A stretch of 64,000 bases of DNA from an uncultured Hyphomicrobiales bacterium. GTDB taxonomy: Bacteria > Bacteroidota > Ignavibacteria > Kapaibacteriales > Kapaibacteriaceae. Position 1 is the stretch's first letter. Every line of letters begins with the position of its first letter. The position numbers were made by a program, and so were the translations under genes. Below are positions 45,506 to 53,281 of this stretch, in pieces. Below the pieces are notes generated by a model. It had not been told where the DNA came from and did not search any database. It was given only the letters and a program-made list of their open reading frames with translations. The stretch spans positions 6,520 through 70,519 of the forward strand of contig CAYXQJ010000017.1 of assembly GCA_964467455.1 (NCBI GenBank), in the 5' to 3' direction.

Positions 45506-46156
45506 ATGGCCAGTTTGTTCGAGCGGTATCGGCCGCGCGTATGGGGTGATGTAGTTGGGCAGGACAAAGCGGTGGGGATTGTTGAGAGATTGCGCGGTGG
45601 GGCTGGGCTGGGTGGCCGAGCGTTTTGGCTGGCTGGGCCCAGTGGCACGGGGAAGACCACGATTGCGAAGCTGATTGCGGCCGAGCTGGCGGACGATTAT
45701 GCGACGGAGGAAATCGTCGGGCGCGATGTTTGCGCTGCGGATTTTGCGCGATGGGCGCGGCAATTTAGGATTCGGCCGATCGGCGATAAGGCGGGCTGGG
45801 CGATTGTCGTTAATGAAGCGCACGGTGTGCGCAGGGATTGTATTGAGAGATTTTTAGACTTGCTGGAAACATTGCCGCCATTTGTGGTGTTTGTCTTCAC
45901 GACGACGAATGATGGGGCTGACCGGTTATTCGACGAACAAGCTGACGCGCCGGCTTTCGCTAGTCGGTGTGTCAGTTTGCCGATGGCGCGCCGAGATCTG
46001 GCGAAAGCTTTCGCCGAGCGCGCCCGGGAGATCGCGCAGGCGGAAGGATTGGACGGCCAGCCCGTGGAAGCTTACGTAAAGCTTGCGCAGAAGTATAAGA
46101 ATAACTTCCGCGCAATGCTGGGGGAGATTGAAAACGGCGGAATGCTGCCGGATTAG
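45506..46156 (+). CDS. AAA+ ATPase, clamp-loader (RFC small subunit / DNA polymerase III gamma-tau) like
   Basis: LFERYRPRVWGDVVGQ, Walker A GPSGTGKTT, Walker B IVVNEAH, and the SRC motif (FASRCVSL) typical of clamp loaders. ATG at 45506, 6 nt after GGGAGAT. Confidence 0.75.
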   Translation: MASLFERYRPRVWGDVVGQDKAVGIVERLRGGAGLGGRAFWLAGPSGTGKTTIAKLIAAELADDYATEEIVGRDVCAADFARWARQFRIRPIGDKAGWAIVVNEAHGVRRDCIERFLDLLETLPPFVVFVFTTTNDGADRLFDEQADAPAFASRCVSLPMARRDLAKAFAERAREIAQAEGLDGQPVEAYVKLAQKYKNNFRAMLGEIENGGMLPD

Positions 46157-46285
46157 GTAGGGAATAGGGCCCGATTGTGCGCCGCGGGGTGGTAGCGCGG
46201 CGCCATGTCGGTTCCTATTGGGGTGGACAATTGCGGGCCGCGCGCGTCACTACCGCGCCGGGCCGCCACTATGGGAGATCAGACA

Positions 46286-46537
46286 ATGGCGCGAATTGAA
46301 ATGGCGCTGCACTACCCATTAGGTGGTAACACAATCAAAGTTTTTCGTGACAGCCCACTATTCGATGGGCGCAGGTGGTGGCAGCTCGGGGATAGCGCGC
46401 TGCGGGAATTGTACGTTTGCACTTATGAGCTCGGGCCCGTCGATGATCGAGGCGAATATGATGGCTCGATTCGGCAATGGGCAGCGCAGGCGCGCGAGTT
46501 GGTGGACCGCCATAAGGGTTGTGTTTTTGTGTATTAA
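46286..46537 (+). CDS. hypothetical protein (83 aa)
   Basis: ATG at 46286 in a leader identical to that of 45506 (a 29-bp exact repeat). Confidence 0.55.
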   Translation: MARIEMALHYPLGGNTIKVFRDSPLFDGRRWWQLGDSALRELYVCTYELGPVDDRGEYDGSIRQWAAQARELVDRHKGCVFVY

Positions 46538-46581
46538 CGGGCCCGATCGGGCCGCCACTACTACTACGGGGAGATCGAGCG

Positions 46582-46833
46582 ATGAAAAGCGCGGCAGAAT
46601 CGAGATTGCGCGGCGCGGAGCTGGTTGAGCACTTGAATCGAGCACTTGCCAGCGGGCGCACGGTTTGGATTTTATCCCATCTTCGCGCGTGGGAAGTATC
46701 AGCGAAGACAGCGGCGAAGTGGGAAGCCAGCGGGCGCCCTATCTTCAAGGCGAGCGCGGATGGCGCGAACGCGCTTATGGGCCAGGGCAAGGACTACGTG
46801 TGCATCGATTGGTCGGGCTGGCGGATTGTGTAG
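46582..46833 (+). CDS. hypothetical protein (83 aa)
   Basis: ATG at 46582, 6 nt after GGGGAGAT. Confidence 0.55.
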   Translation: MKSAAESRLRGAELVEHLNRALASGRTVWILSHLRAWEVSAKTAAKWEASGRPIFKASADGANALMGQGKDYVCIDWSGWRIV

Positions 46834-46848
46834 GTGACAGGGCCCGTC

Positions 46849-46890
46849 GCGCGCCGATCTGCCAGGCGGCGCGCCATCGGTTTCTGTTTC
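46849..46890 (+). terminator. GC hairpin plus T-rich stretch
   Basis: GCGCGCCG (46849-46856) / CGGCGCGC (46867-46874), then GGTTTCTGTTTC. Confidence 0.45.
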
Positions 46891-46917
46891 GGGGAGCACT
46901 ACTGAGGGAGATTTACC

Positions 46918-47154
46918 ATGTCGATCGAAGCATATAGCGCGAACGAAGTACGCGAGGGGCTGGAGCTGCCGGCCGATTGCCATTGTGAATGCGACGGCTG
47001 CCACGCGGAGGCGCCATGCTGGGTGGACCTGCGCGAGCCTGGTGAGTGGGCGTATTGCGAGAAGTGCTGGACAAAAATCGCGTGGAAGCTCGAACGGCGC
47101 GCGGCACAGCGGATTACAGCTCGCGGGTTCCGCGACTTTGAATATCTGGACTAG
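46918..47154 (+). CDS. Cys-rich putative zinc-binding protein (78 aa)
   Basis: CHCECDGCH...C...CEKC. Preceded by the cassette. Confidence 0.55.
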   Translation: MSIEAYSANEVREGLELPADCHCECDGCHAEAPCWVDLREPGEWAYCEKCWTKIAWKLERRAAQRITARGFRDFEYLD

Positions 47155-47171
47155 AAACCTTCCCGCCAACG

Positions 47172-47192
47172 GGCCGCGAGGGGCGCGCGGCC
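47172..47192 (+). terminator. GC hairpin after the gene
   Basis: GGCCGCG (47172-47178) / CGCGGCC (47186-47192). GGTTTCC lies 13 nt downstream. Confidence 0.35.
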
Positions 47193-47238
47193 TGCTGCGG
47201 GGCGGTTTCCAGCAGCACTACAAAGGGAGATCCGAACA

Positions 47239-47487
47239 ATGGCACGATTCAACGAAGGAGATCGCGTCGAACTAATCAGCGCGACGATGGTTTACGGGCC
47301 GCCATTCGACTTGAAGACGAAGCAACCGGCGCCACAATTCGGCCGGCAGTGGCGAATGGTTGGCGAGATCGGCACAGTCGAGCGCGTTATCGGCGGCCGG
47401 CTGCTGGTGCGATTTGAGAACGGCGGCAAGTATGCAGGGGCCTGGGTGGACGTGGATAGGGTCCGGGCGGTTGCGGCTGCAAAATAA
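47239..47487 (+). CDS. hypothetical protein (82 aa)
   Basis: Preceded by the cassette (MARFNEGDRVELI). Confidence 0.55.
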   Translation: MARFNEGDRVELISATMVYGPPFDLKTKQPAPQFGRQWRMVGEIGTVERVIGGRLLVRFENGGKYAGAWVDVDRVRAVAAAK

Positions 47488-47574
47488 TTAGCTTGCAATA
47501 GCCCCGCAGCACGATAGGATTAGGGGCGAGGGTTGGTTGAGCACTACTTACCACGAACGAAGGGAGATCATGCG

Positions 47575-47757
47575 ATGCGATTGACGATCACGATGGACCT
47601 GGACAATGCCGCGTTTGAGGATGGAGGCGGCCAGGAAATCACGCGGATATTGACAGACCTATGCCGCAAATTGCCCGACGAAATCTGCGAAGGCAATCGG
47701 GCACTGTTCGACATCAACGGCAACCGCGTAGGCACGGCCGAGATCGTCCAAGGCTAA
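47575..47757 (+). CDS. hypothetical protein (60 aa)
   Basis: ATG at 47575, 6 nt after GGGAGAT (MRLTITMDLDNAAFEDGGGQEITRIL). Confidence 0.5.
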   Translation: MRLTITMDLDNAAFEDGGGQEITRILTDLCRKLPDEICEGNRALFDINGNRVGTAEIVQG

Positions 47758-47761
47758 CGCG

Positions 47762-47801
47762 ATCCCGCGGAGGGCCGCCACGGTGGCCCCGAGCATGGGT
47801 T
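47762..47801 (+). terminator. conserved post-gene hairpin element, copy 1
   Basis: ATCCCGCGGAGGGCCGCCA..GGCCCCGAGCATGG directly after the stop, followed by GGTTTCGTTTTGC. A second copy is at 49251. Confidence 0.45.
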
Positions 47802-47835
47802 TCGTTTTGCTGAGCACTACCAAAGGGAGAACACG

Positions 47836-48237
47836 ATGACGATTCAGGAATTTATTGAGCAGGCAAACTTAACGATGAGCGTCGAATATGCGGCCAGCAA
47901 CCCACACATGGAGGAGGATCGCAAGCATCCGATGGATCACTGGGCGTGCCGGATCACTGACGGCGCGAACGTGATGGAGCTCGTTTTCTCCAAGGGCCAG
48001 GGCCATCACAGCGAAGAACCGCAGCTCGACGAGGTTCTAGATTGTCTGGCAAGCGATGCGGCCAGCATTCAGGACGGCGCCAGTTTCGAGGATTGGGCCG
48101 CCGATCTTGGGTACGACACGGACAGCCGCAAGGCTGAGCGCACGTATCAGGCCGTGAAGGATCAGGCCGAGAAGTTGCGCGCGTTGCTGGGCGATGACAA
48201 CTACGAGCGTTTACTGTGGGAGATCGAGCGACTGTAA
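47836..48237 (+). CDS. hypothetical protein (133 aa)
   Basis: Preceded by the cassette. The SFEDWAADLGYDTDSRKAERTYQAV pattern recalls a widespread small phage protein family that I cannot name. Confidence 0.6.
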   Translation: MTIQEFIEQANLTMSVEYAASNPHMEEDRKHPMDHWACRITDGANVMELVFSKGQGHHSEEPQLDEVLDCLASDAASIQDGASFEDWAADLGYDTDSRKAERTYQAVKDQAEKLRALLGDDNYERLLWEIERL

Positions 48238-48252
48238 ACGCCACCCAGCCGC

Positions 48253-48282
48253 GGCGCCTCACCTGCAAGGGATCGAGGCGCC
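48253..48282 (+). terminator. GC hairpin after the gene
   Basis: GGCGCCTC (48253-48260) / GAGGCGCC (48275-48282), 14-nt loop. No clear U tract. Confidence 0.35.
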
Positions 48283-48317
48283 GAAACTGGTTCGCGTTTC
48301 CTGCGGAACACCACACC

Positions 48318-48713
48318 ATGCCACTACACCCACGATTTACCGCCGCTGACTTGCTCGCGCCGATCGGCAAACTTGTCTACTTGCGCCTACAACGGCGCGG
48401 GGGCAAGAGTTGCGGCGGTGTGGATGCCAGCGAAGCGAACGGCAGCGAGTGGGTAGCATTCGAGGGGACCGTGACGGACGTTGACGCGGCCGGCCGCGTG
48501 CGAGTCGAGCCAGTGGCCGGCGAGGGGTTCATCTGGGGCAGTGCCGCCAGTTTTCCGCTGGCGGCCGATATTGACGCAGCACTACTCCGGCCCGAGGCCA
48601 ATGCTCGCCTGGCAGGGCTGGGATTAAAAAAGAGCGAGCCGGGAGATCGAGGGGAAAGAGAAGATGGCACCGTATTCGGACGCCCAATTGAAGGAGATCA
48701 AGGCCAACATTAA
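48318..48713 (+). CDS. hypothetical protein (131 aa)
   Basis: ATG at 48318 (MPLHPRFTAADL). No cassette. Its 3' end overlaps the next gene by 50 nt. Confidence 0.4.
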   Translation: MPLHPRFTAADLLAPIGKLVYLRLQRRGGKSCGGVDASEANGSEWVAFEGTVTDVDAAGRVRVEPVAGEGFIWGSAASFPLAADIDAALLRPEANARLAGLGLKKSEPGDRGEREDGTVFGRPIEGDQGQH

Positions 48714-48864
48714 GAAGATGGCCGCCAATAAGCCGCATTTGGTGCGCGAGCGAGTTGGGTACTACCTGGACTTGGCGACGGACGCGCACGAGCGGAACGA
48801 CGACGCGACTTGCTACGAGTGGATACAGCACGCGAAGGAGCAGGCGCATCATCGGCACGGGTAA
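48664..48864 (+). CDS. hypothetical protein (66 aa)
   Basis: ATG preceded by GGGAGATCGAGGGGAAAGAGAAG. Confidence 0.5.
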   Translation: MAPYSDAQLKEIKANIKKMAANKPHLVRERVGYYLDLATDAHERNDDATCYEWIQHAKEQAHHRHG

Positions 48865-48912
48865 GACGGGCAAGAGTTGAGCACTACCAAAGCACTACGG
48901 GAGATTGAAACC

Positions 48913-49245
48913 ATGAACACGAACACGACGAGCGAGGCGAGCGCCGCCACTACGCCGATAACGATAACCGGCAGGGCGCTGACACCCTACGCGCTGCCGA
49001 TGGTGCACCTCGGCGGGACTTCGCGGGGCCGACTGATTCAACAACGAACGATGGCCGCCCATGCCGTCGAAATGGCCGCCAAGGCCGTTGAAATGACCGC
49101 ACCACTGCTGAAAGACTTTGTTTTATATGAAGACGCTACGGCCCGGCTGGAAGTGGCCAGGATCGCCACGGCGGCGCGATTGAACACGCTGGGCGAGATC
49201 GCACGGCAGTTGATGGCCGAGGCCGAGGCAATCGAGAAGCAGTAA
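48913..49245 (+). CDS. hypothetical protein (110 aa)
   Basis: ATG at 48913, 7 nt after GGGAGAT. Double CACTAC box upstream. Confidence 0.55.
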   Translation: MNTNTTSEASAATTPITITGRALTPYALPMVHLGGTSRGRLIQQRTMAAHAVEMAAKAVEMTAPLLKDFVLYEDATARLEVARIATAARLNTLGEIARQLMAEAEAIEKQ

Positions 49246-49250
49246 ACCCC

Positions 49251-49290
49251 ATCCCGCGGAGGGCCGCCAAGCGGCCCCGAGCATGGATTG
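49251..49290 (+). terminator. conserved post-gene hairpin element, copy 2
   Basis: ATCCCGCGGAGGGCCGCCAAGCGGCCCCGAGCATGG. Perfect stem GGGCCGC / GCGGCCC. Confidence 0.45.
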
Positions 49291-49344
49291 GGTTGACACA
49301 GCCCCGGTGTTCAGGGGCAGGACGCTTTAGACTGGGAGATTGAC

Positions 49345-49698
49345 ATGACGACGAAAACGACAAAGGCCAAGGTAACACTGGCTGAGCGTGAGGATGTCGC
49401 GCGCGAATACGGCTTTGATGGAGTGTTAGCAATCGTGGATCACGAGACGCACGGCCGGCTACTTATCGCTGACGGATACGGAGGAGAGGGCCAGCCTCGC
49501 GGCGGTTGCGTGCGATGGGAGCACGGTGGCGTGTGGCAGCTCAAGTCGAACGACACGCTCCAGTCGCTCCGAAACGGCGAGTGGAACGACTGTGCGACAT
49601 TGCTTGATGCCGTGTGCCACGGCGAAGACCGATCGCGGCCCGTGCTGGACTTCTCCGGCAACGCGATCGCTAACGTAGCAAAAGCCGCGGGCCTGTAG
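49345..49698 (+). CDS. hypothetical protein (117 aa)
   Basis: ATG 4 nt after GGGAGAT. Confidence 0.55.
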   Translation: MTTKTTKAKVTLAEREDVAREYGFDGVLAIVDHETHGRLLIADGYGGEGQPRGGCVRWEHGGVWQLKSNDTLQSLRNGEWNDCATLLDAVCHGEDRSRPVLDFSGNAIANVAKAAGL

Positions 49699-49744
49699 TC
49701 CTTTTTTGTACCGACAACAGCACTACTCAAACGGGAGATCGAGG

Positions 49745-50122
49745 ATGGGAACGAATCACACGCAAGGCGAGTGGAAAGGGCAGGCTGGGCCAGATGATGC
49801 AATCTGGATCAAGGCCGAAGGATTCGGGCCGCCAGGAACGCCACTGGCCAAGGTTTACTTGCGGGCTGTTGAGGGGCACTACCCGCAGTCGTCGTATGCC
49901 GAGCGAGACGCTAACGCGATGCTGATCGAGAAGGCGCCCGCCATGTACGAAAAGCTTATCGCGGTCGTCGATGATCTCGATTGGGATCTAGACGACTACG
50001 ACACCCCATACAACATGGATGACGTAATTCATCTTGCCGAGCATCTTCGTTCGATTGCTAGCTGGGTGGTAAAGGAATTGCGCCCGGCCGTCGAGGGGAA
50101 GGCGGTGCAGCATGACGCCTAG
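49745..50122 (+). CDS. hypothetical protein (125 aa)
   Basis: ATG at 49745, 5 nt after GGGAGAT (MGTNHTQGEWKG). Confidence 0.55.
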   Translation: MGTNHTQGEWKGQAGPDDAIWIKAEGFGPPGTPLAKVYLRAVEGHYPQSSYAERDANAMLIEKAPAMYEKLIAVVDDLDWDLDDYDTPYNMDDVIHLAEHLRSIASWVVKELRPAVEGKAVQHDA

Positions 50123-50327
50123 CACTGCCACAACGCACTACATCAAGGCCCGCGCGACCGGCGCAAAGCAATGGCAATACATCACGCGATGGGGCGGACT
50201 CAACCGGTTGCGAGTTCATGCCGGGGAATACACCGAGGAGGAGGCAATCCGCAAGGCCGCAACAGTGCGCTCAGGATGGGAATTCCGCGCCGTCGCCATG
50301 CCCAAGCCGAAGGACGGTGCCCCATGA
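50112..50327 (+). CDS. hypothetical protein (71 aa)
   Basis: ATG overlapping the previous gene by 11 nt. GGGGAAGG upstream. Confidence 0.5.
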   Translation: MTPSTATTHYIKARATGAKQWQYITRWGGLNRLRVHAGEYTEEEAIRKAATVRSGWEFRAVAMPKPKDGAP

Positions 50328-50707
50328 TGCAGCTATCCCTATTCGACAAGCCGGCACCACCACGGGCCGCCACGGCCGCCGGCCTGCAACGCTTCACCGA
50401 ATATCGCATCGGTGAACGCTCGCTACTCACGCCCGGCACCATCTTCCGCGCGACAGGCGGGCCGTACTATGAAGTCCTGCAACCGGACGGAACCACGGCG
50501 CGCATGTCGATGGGCGACAAGGGCCCCTACAAGTTCCGCGCGTACTGCGAGCAGGGCCGCCACAAGTGGATCGAGGCCTGGGGGCGCGATGGTTTTTGCG
50601 TGCTGCCGTTGGTGAGCGATGGGAGAAGCCCGGCATTGCCGAAGCTGGTACGCAGGGAGTACAAGGTTAAGGGGCGGGTGAGAAGGAAGGAGCGGCGGGG
50701 ACGATGA
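50324..50707 (+). CDS. hypothetical basic protein (127 aa)
   Basis: ATGA overlap at 50324-50327 (MMQLSLFDKP). Confidence 0.5.
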   Translation: MMQLSLFDKPAPPRAATAAGLQRFTEYRIGERSLLTPGTIFRATGGPYYEVLQPDGTTARMSMGDKGPYKFRAYCEQGRHKWIEAWGRDGFCVLPLVSDGRSPALPKLVRREYKVKGRVRRKERRGR

Positions 50708-50907
50708 CACGCGAACAAGCGATTGCACAACTTGCAGGATCAGAGCGAGGTCAGCGTGCGCTCGCTCACTTACTAAACTGGCTCGACGACAGTGGCGTTG
50801 GGCTCGATTCATACAATCAAGCCGCCGTGTTCACTTTGCTCGAAAGCGCGTGGCTCAATCCAGGCAGCACGCGCGATATGATGCGTGCCGCCATTGACAC
50901 ACCGTAA
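50704..50907 (+). CDS. hypothetical protein (67 aa)
   Basis: ATGA overlap at 50704-50707. Confidence 0.5.
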   Translation: MTREQAIAQLAGSERGQRALAHLLNWLDDSGVGLDSYNQAAVFTLLESAWLNPGSTRDMMRAAIDTP

Positions 50908-51051
50908 TCAGGACACACCCCGACCCCGGGCTAGCGTTGGTAGTGCTCGCGAAAGGGCGATCGGAAATTTCTGCGGGTTCTGTCCCGCCGATCTCCCGCC
51001 GATTCGCCCACCGCCCGGGGTCGGGTTTTTCTCATTGATGGAAGGGTTGCC

Positions 51052-51309
51052 ATGGGTAATGCAAGCGAATCGAAATCGCGATGCCCATTCTGTCGCGAGA
51101 CTGGGTTAACTAGCCGCGTTAACGTTGGCGGTACGAGTTCAACCTTGTTGGCTGGTTCCACCTACTACGACGAGAACGGAACACTGGTGCGCGACGATCC
51201 AAACACCTACACGACTTCATTCTCCTGTTCGCAAGGGCATTGTTGGCTAGAAATCAGGAAGCGGGACAAAGTTAAAGTGTCTCGCATGGAAGACAATTCT
51301 TGGCAATGA
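51052..51309 (+). CDS. zinc-ribbon protein (85 aa)
   Basis: CPFC...CSQGHC. GGAAGGG upstream. Confidence 0.5.
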   Translation: MGNASESKSRCPFCRETGLTSRVNVGGTSSTLLAGSTYYDENGTLVRDDPNTYTTSFSCSQGHCWLEIRKRDKVKVSRMEDNSWQ

Positions 51310-51319
51310 GGGCCGCCAC

Positions 51320-51733
51320 ATGAAACCGAACCCCTACCGTGTCTCCCGCTGGAAGGCCGGCCGCACGGCCAAAGTCCGCCGCGATCCGAACCGCCGCCTG
51401 CATCGAATCAGCATGGCAATCAAACGATTCGAGGCGCGGTATGTCGCACCGATCCCGGCCCGCCACTGGGAGGAAGTCGATCTGCCGTACGAACTGCCGG
51501 CAGACGTGGCGGGTAAACTGGCCGCAGGGCAAACGGAGTACGCACAGCGGCGCCGCGAAAACCTTGAGCGATTGCTGCTGGCGATCGAGGGGGAGGTCGC
51601 CAGGGCCGCCAAGAAGAAGGCCGAAGACGACGAACACGAAGCCCACATGCGAGCGCAGGGGTTGACGAAGACGGGCCGGCCGCTGGGCTGGCGGTTGGGG
51701 AAGAAAGGACGACATGGACAGCAAACCAAATAA
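51320..51733 (+). CDS. hypothetical basic protein (137 aa)
   Basis: ATG with GAGGG 8 nt upstream. Confidence 0.5.
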   Translation: MKPNPYRVSRWKAGRTAKVRRDPNRRLHRISMAIKRFEARYVAPIPARHWEEVDLPYELPADVAGKLAAGQTEYAQRRRENLERLLLAIEGEVARAAKKKAEDDEHEAHMRAQGLTKTGRPLGWRLGKKGRHGQQTK

Positions 51734-52022
51734 ACCGACTGGTGTAGCGGCAAGCGTCGTGCAGACTGTGTATGTCACGGAAGTCTGGCGAAAGATGCTC
51801 GGCGACAGCCCGAGCGTCGATGATCCGATCATCGAAGATCCAAGGAAGCCGAAGCCAGTTTTGAATGACAACGAGGCCGCCGAGAAGATGGCCGCGTGCG
51901 GCAAGGCCGACTCAGAAATAGGCCACGGCATGGCAGATGATCTGCTCTGCGAAATCCTCATGAGCCTCGGCTACACCAAAACAGTCGAGGAATTCCACAA
52001 GCTCCACAAGTGGTACGCATGA
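51714..52022 (+). CDS. hypothetical protein (102 aa)
   Basis: ATG with GAAAGGA upstream. 20-nt overlap with the previous gene. Confidence 0.5.
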   Translation: MDSKPNKPTGVAASVVQTVYVTEVWRKMLGDSPSVDDPIIEDPRKPKPVLNDNEAAEKMAACGKADSEIGHGMADDLLCEILMSLGYTKTVEEFHKLHKWYA

Positions 52023-53017
52023 TCCAGCAAATCTCCACCGCCCCGGTGCGGCAGCCGATCGCCTACGGCTACATCCGCATGAGCACGCTGCACCAGGAAC
52101 TTTCGCCCGAGATCCAACGCGAGCAAATCGAGGCCGCGTTTAAGTACCGCTTCGAGCCCAAGGGGTACGTGTGGGGCGGCATCTTCGAGGATCCCGCCAC
52201 GTTGGGCAAAACTCACTTCCGCGAGCGGCCGGCGGGGAACGAGCTCTACCTGCGATTGCAAACTGGTGACGCGATCATCATTCAGCGCCCCGATCGACTC
52301 TGCCGCAAGCACTCCGATCAAATCCGCCTGATCGAAGATCTGTGCGAACGCAAGATCATGATCCACTCTACCCAGTGGAACCTAGAAACCAGCGACGGGC
52401 CCGGGCAGTTCATCTTCAACATCATGGGCGCCTACTCCCAGTGGGAGAATCAGGTGCGATCGGAGCGCGTCCGCGAGGCCATGCAATATTTGAAGGCGCG
52501 GGGCCAGGCCACCAGTTCACACCCCGGCTACGGCTGGAAGTGGGAAGGCTACAAGCGGGTGGTGTGCGAGCGCGACTTGAAGATTATGCACGACGTCGTG
52601 GCTTGGGTAGATAGCGGCTGGTCACTCGCGGTAATCGCCCAGCACTTAAACAGCCATGGGTTCTTCAATCGCAAGTGGAAACGCGAGCACGGCCGCAAGG
52701 GTGGCATGTGGCGATTCGAGTGGCGCCCGTGGACCGACAAGCAAATCAAGCGGGTGTACGACGCCGAGCTGCAACGTCGCGCGGATCTTGCCGCGGGCAA
52801 CGAGACGCCGGAATCAAGGGCCGCCACGATGAGTGACGTGGATCGCATGCGGGCCCAAACGGACGGGATCAGCGGTGCCGAAACTATACGGCACGAGTCC
52901 GAAGTATTGCGGGATCAAACTGCTGACGTAAATGGTCGGCGAGCGCCGCTTGACTATGAACAGGAGATGCCGGTTCAGTGGCCTCGGCCAGATGCGGCGG
53001 ATTCAAGTGGCACTTGA
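52019..53017 (+). CDS. serine recombinase (resolvase/invertase catalytic domain plus recombinase domain)
   Basis: AYGYIRMSTLHQ (catalytic Ser), IIQRPDRLCR, SQWENQVRSERVREA, then GYGWKW. ATGA overlap start at 52019. Confidence 0.85.
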   Translation: MIQQISTAPVRQPIAYGYIRMSTLHQELSPEIQREQIEAAFKYRFEPKGYVWGGIFEDPATLGKTHFRERPAGNELYLRLQTGDAIIIQRPDRLCRKHSDQIRLIEDLCERKIMIHSTQWNLETSDGPGQFIFNIMGAYSQWENQVRSERVREAMQYLKARGQATSSHPGYGWKWEGYKRVVCERDLKIMHDVVAWVDSGWSLAVIAQHLNSHGFFNRKWKREHGRKGGMWRFEWRPWTDKQIKRVYDAELQRRADLAAGNETPESRAATMSDVDRMRAQTDGISGAETIRHESEVLRDQTADVNGRRAPLDYEQEMPVQWPRPDAADSSGT

Positions 53018-53273
53018 GGCAGGCACGCGAGGTGATACGCGCCTTGCAACCCGGGCAACGCCAGGGGTGAGACGTGCCAGGGGCAAAATCATTCTGCGAG
53101 GGCTGCCGCTGGAGTCGCCCGCACATGGCAATCGTGCCGTCGATCACTCGCCCCACCGTTCCGCGCCCGACGCCAACCAGGCGACAAATCATCCGATAGG
53201 AAAAGCCCATCGCTTTGTAGCGATGAATGTCTGCGATCACGGCAGCGGGTAGGGGCAGTCGTCCTCGGGGCAT
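52884..53273 (-). CDS. HTH plus zinc-ribbon DNA-binding protein (129 aa)
   Basis: ATG at 53273 (MPRGRLPLP). GFSYRMICRLVGVGRGTVGRVI is a resolvase-type HTH. CPGC-x11-CLKC. Its 3' end overlaps the convergent recombinase gene by 134 nt. Confidence 0.55.
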   Translation of the reverse strand: MPRGRLPLPAAVIADIHRYKAMGFSYRMICRLVGVGRGTVGRVIDGTIAMCGRLQRQPSQNDFAPGTSHPWRCPGCKARITSRACLKCHLNPPHLAEATEPASPVHSQAALADHLRQQFDPAILRTRAV

Positions 53274-53281
53274 GGGCTGTT

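Larger units (their letters stand above)
45093..49745 (+). promoter_or_regulatory. series of conserved gene-leader cassettes: (G/C)AGCACTAC box, GGGAGAT, ATG
   Basis: Boxes at 45093, 45117, 45471, 46247, 46555, 46894, 47213, 47539, 47812, 48879, 48891 and 49718. GGGAGAT (GGGAGAA at 47825) at 45130, 45493, 46273, 46569, 46906, 47225, 47562, 47825, 48641, 48899, 49334 and 49733. Except at 48641 (16 nt), an ATG follows each GGGAGAT by 4-7 nt. Confidence 0.8.

Noticed and set aside
50939-50948. Reverse-orientation copy of the CACTAC box (GGTAGTGCTC)
   Set aside because: A single occurrence with no GGGAGA or gene following on the minus strand. Probably chance.
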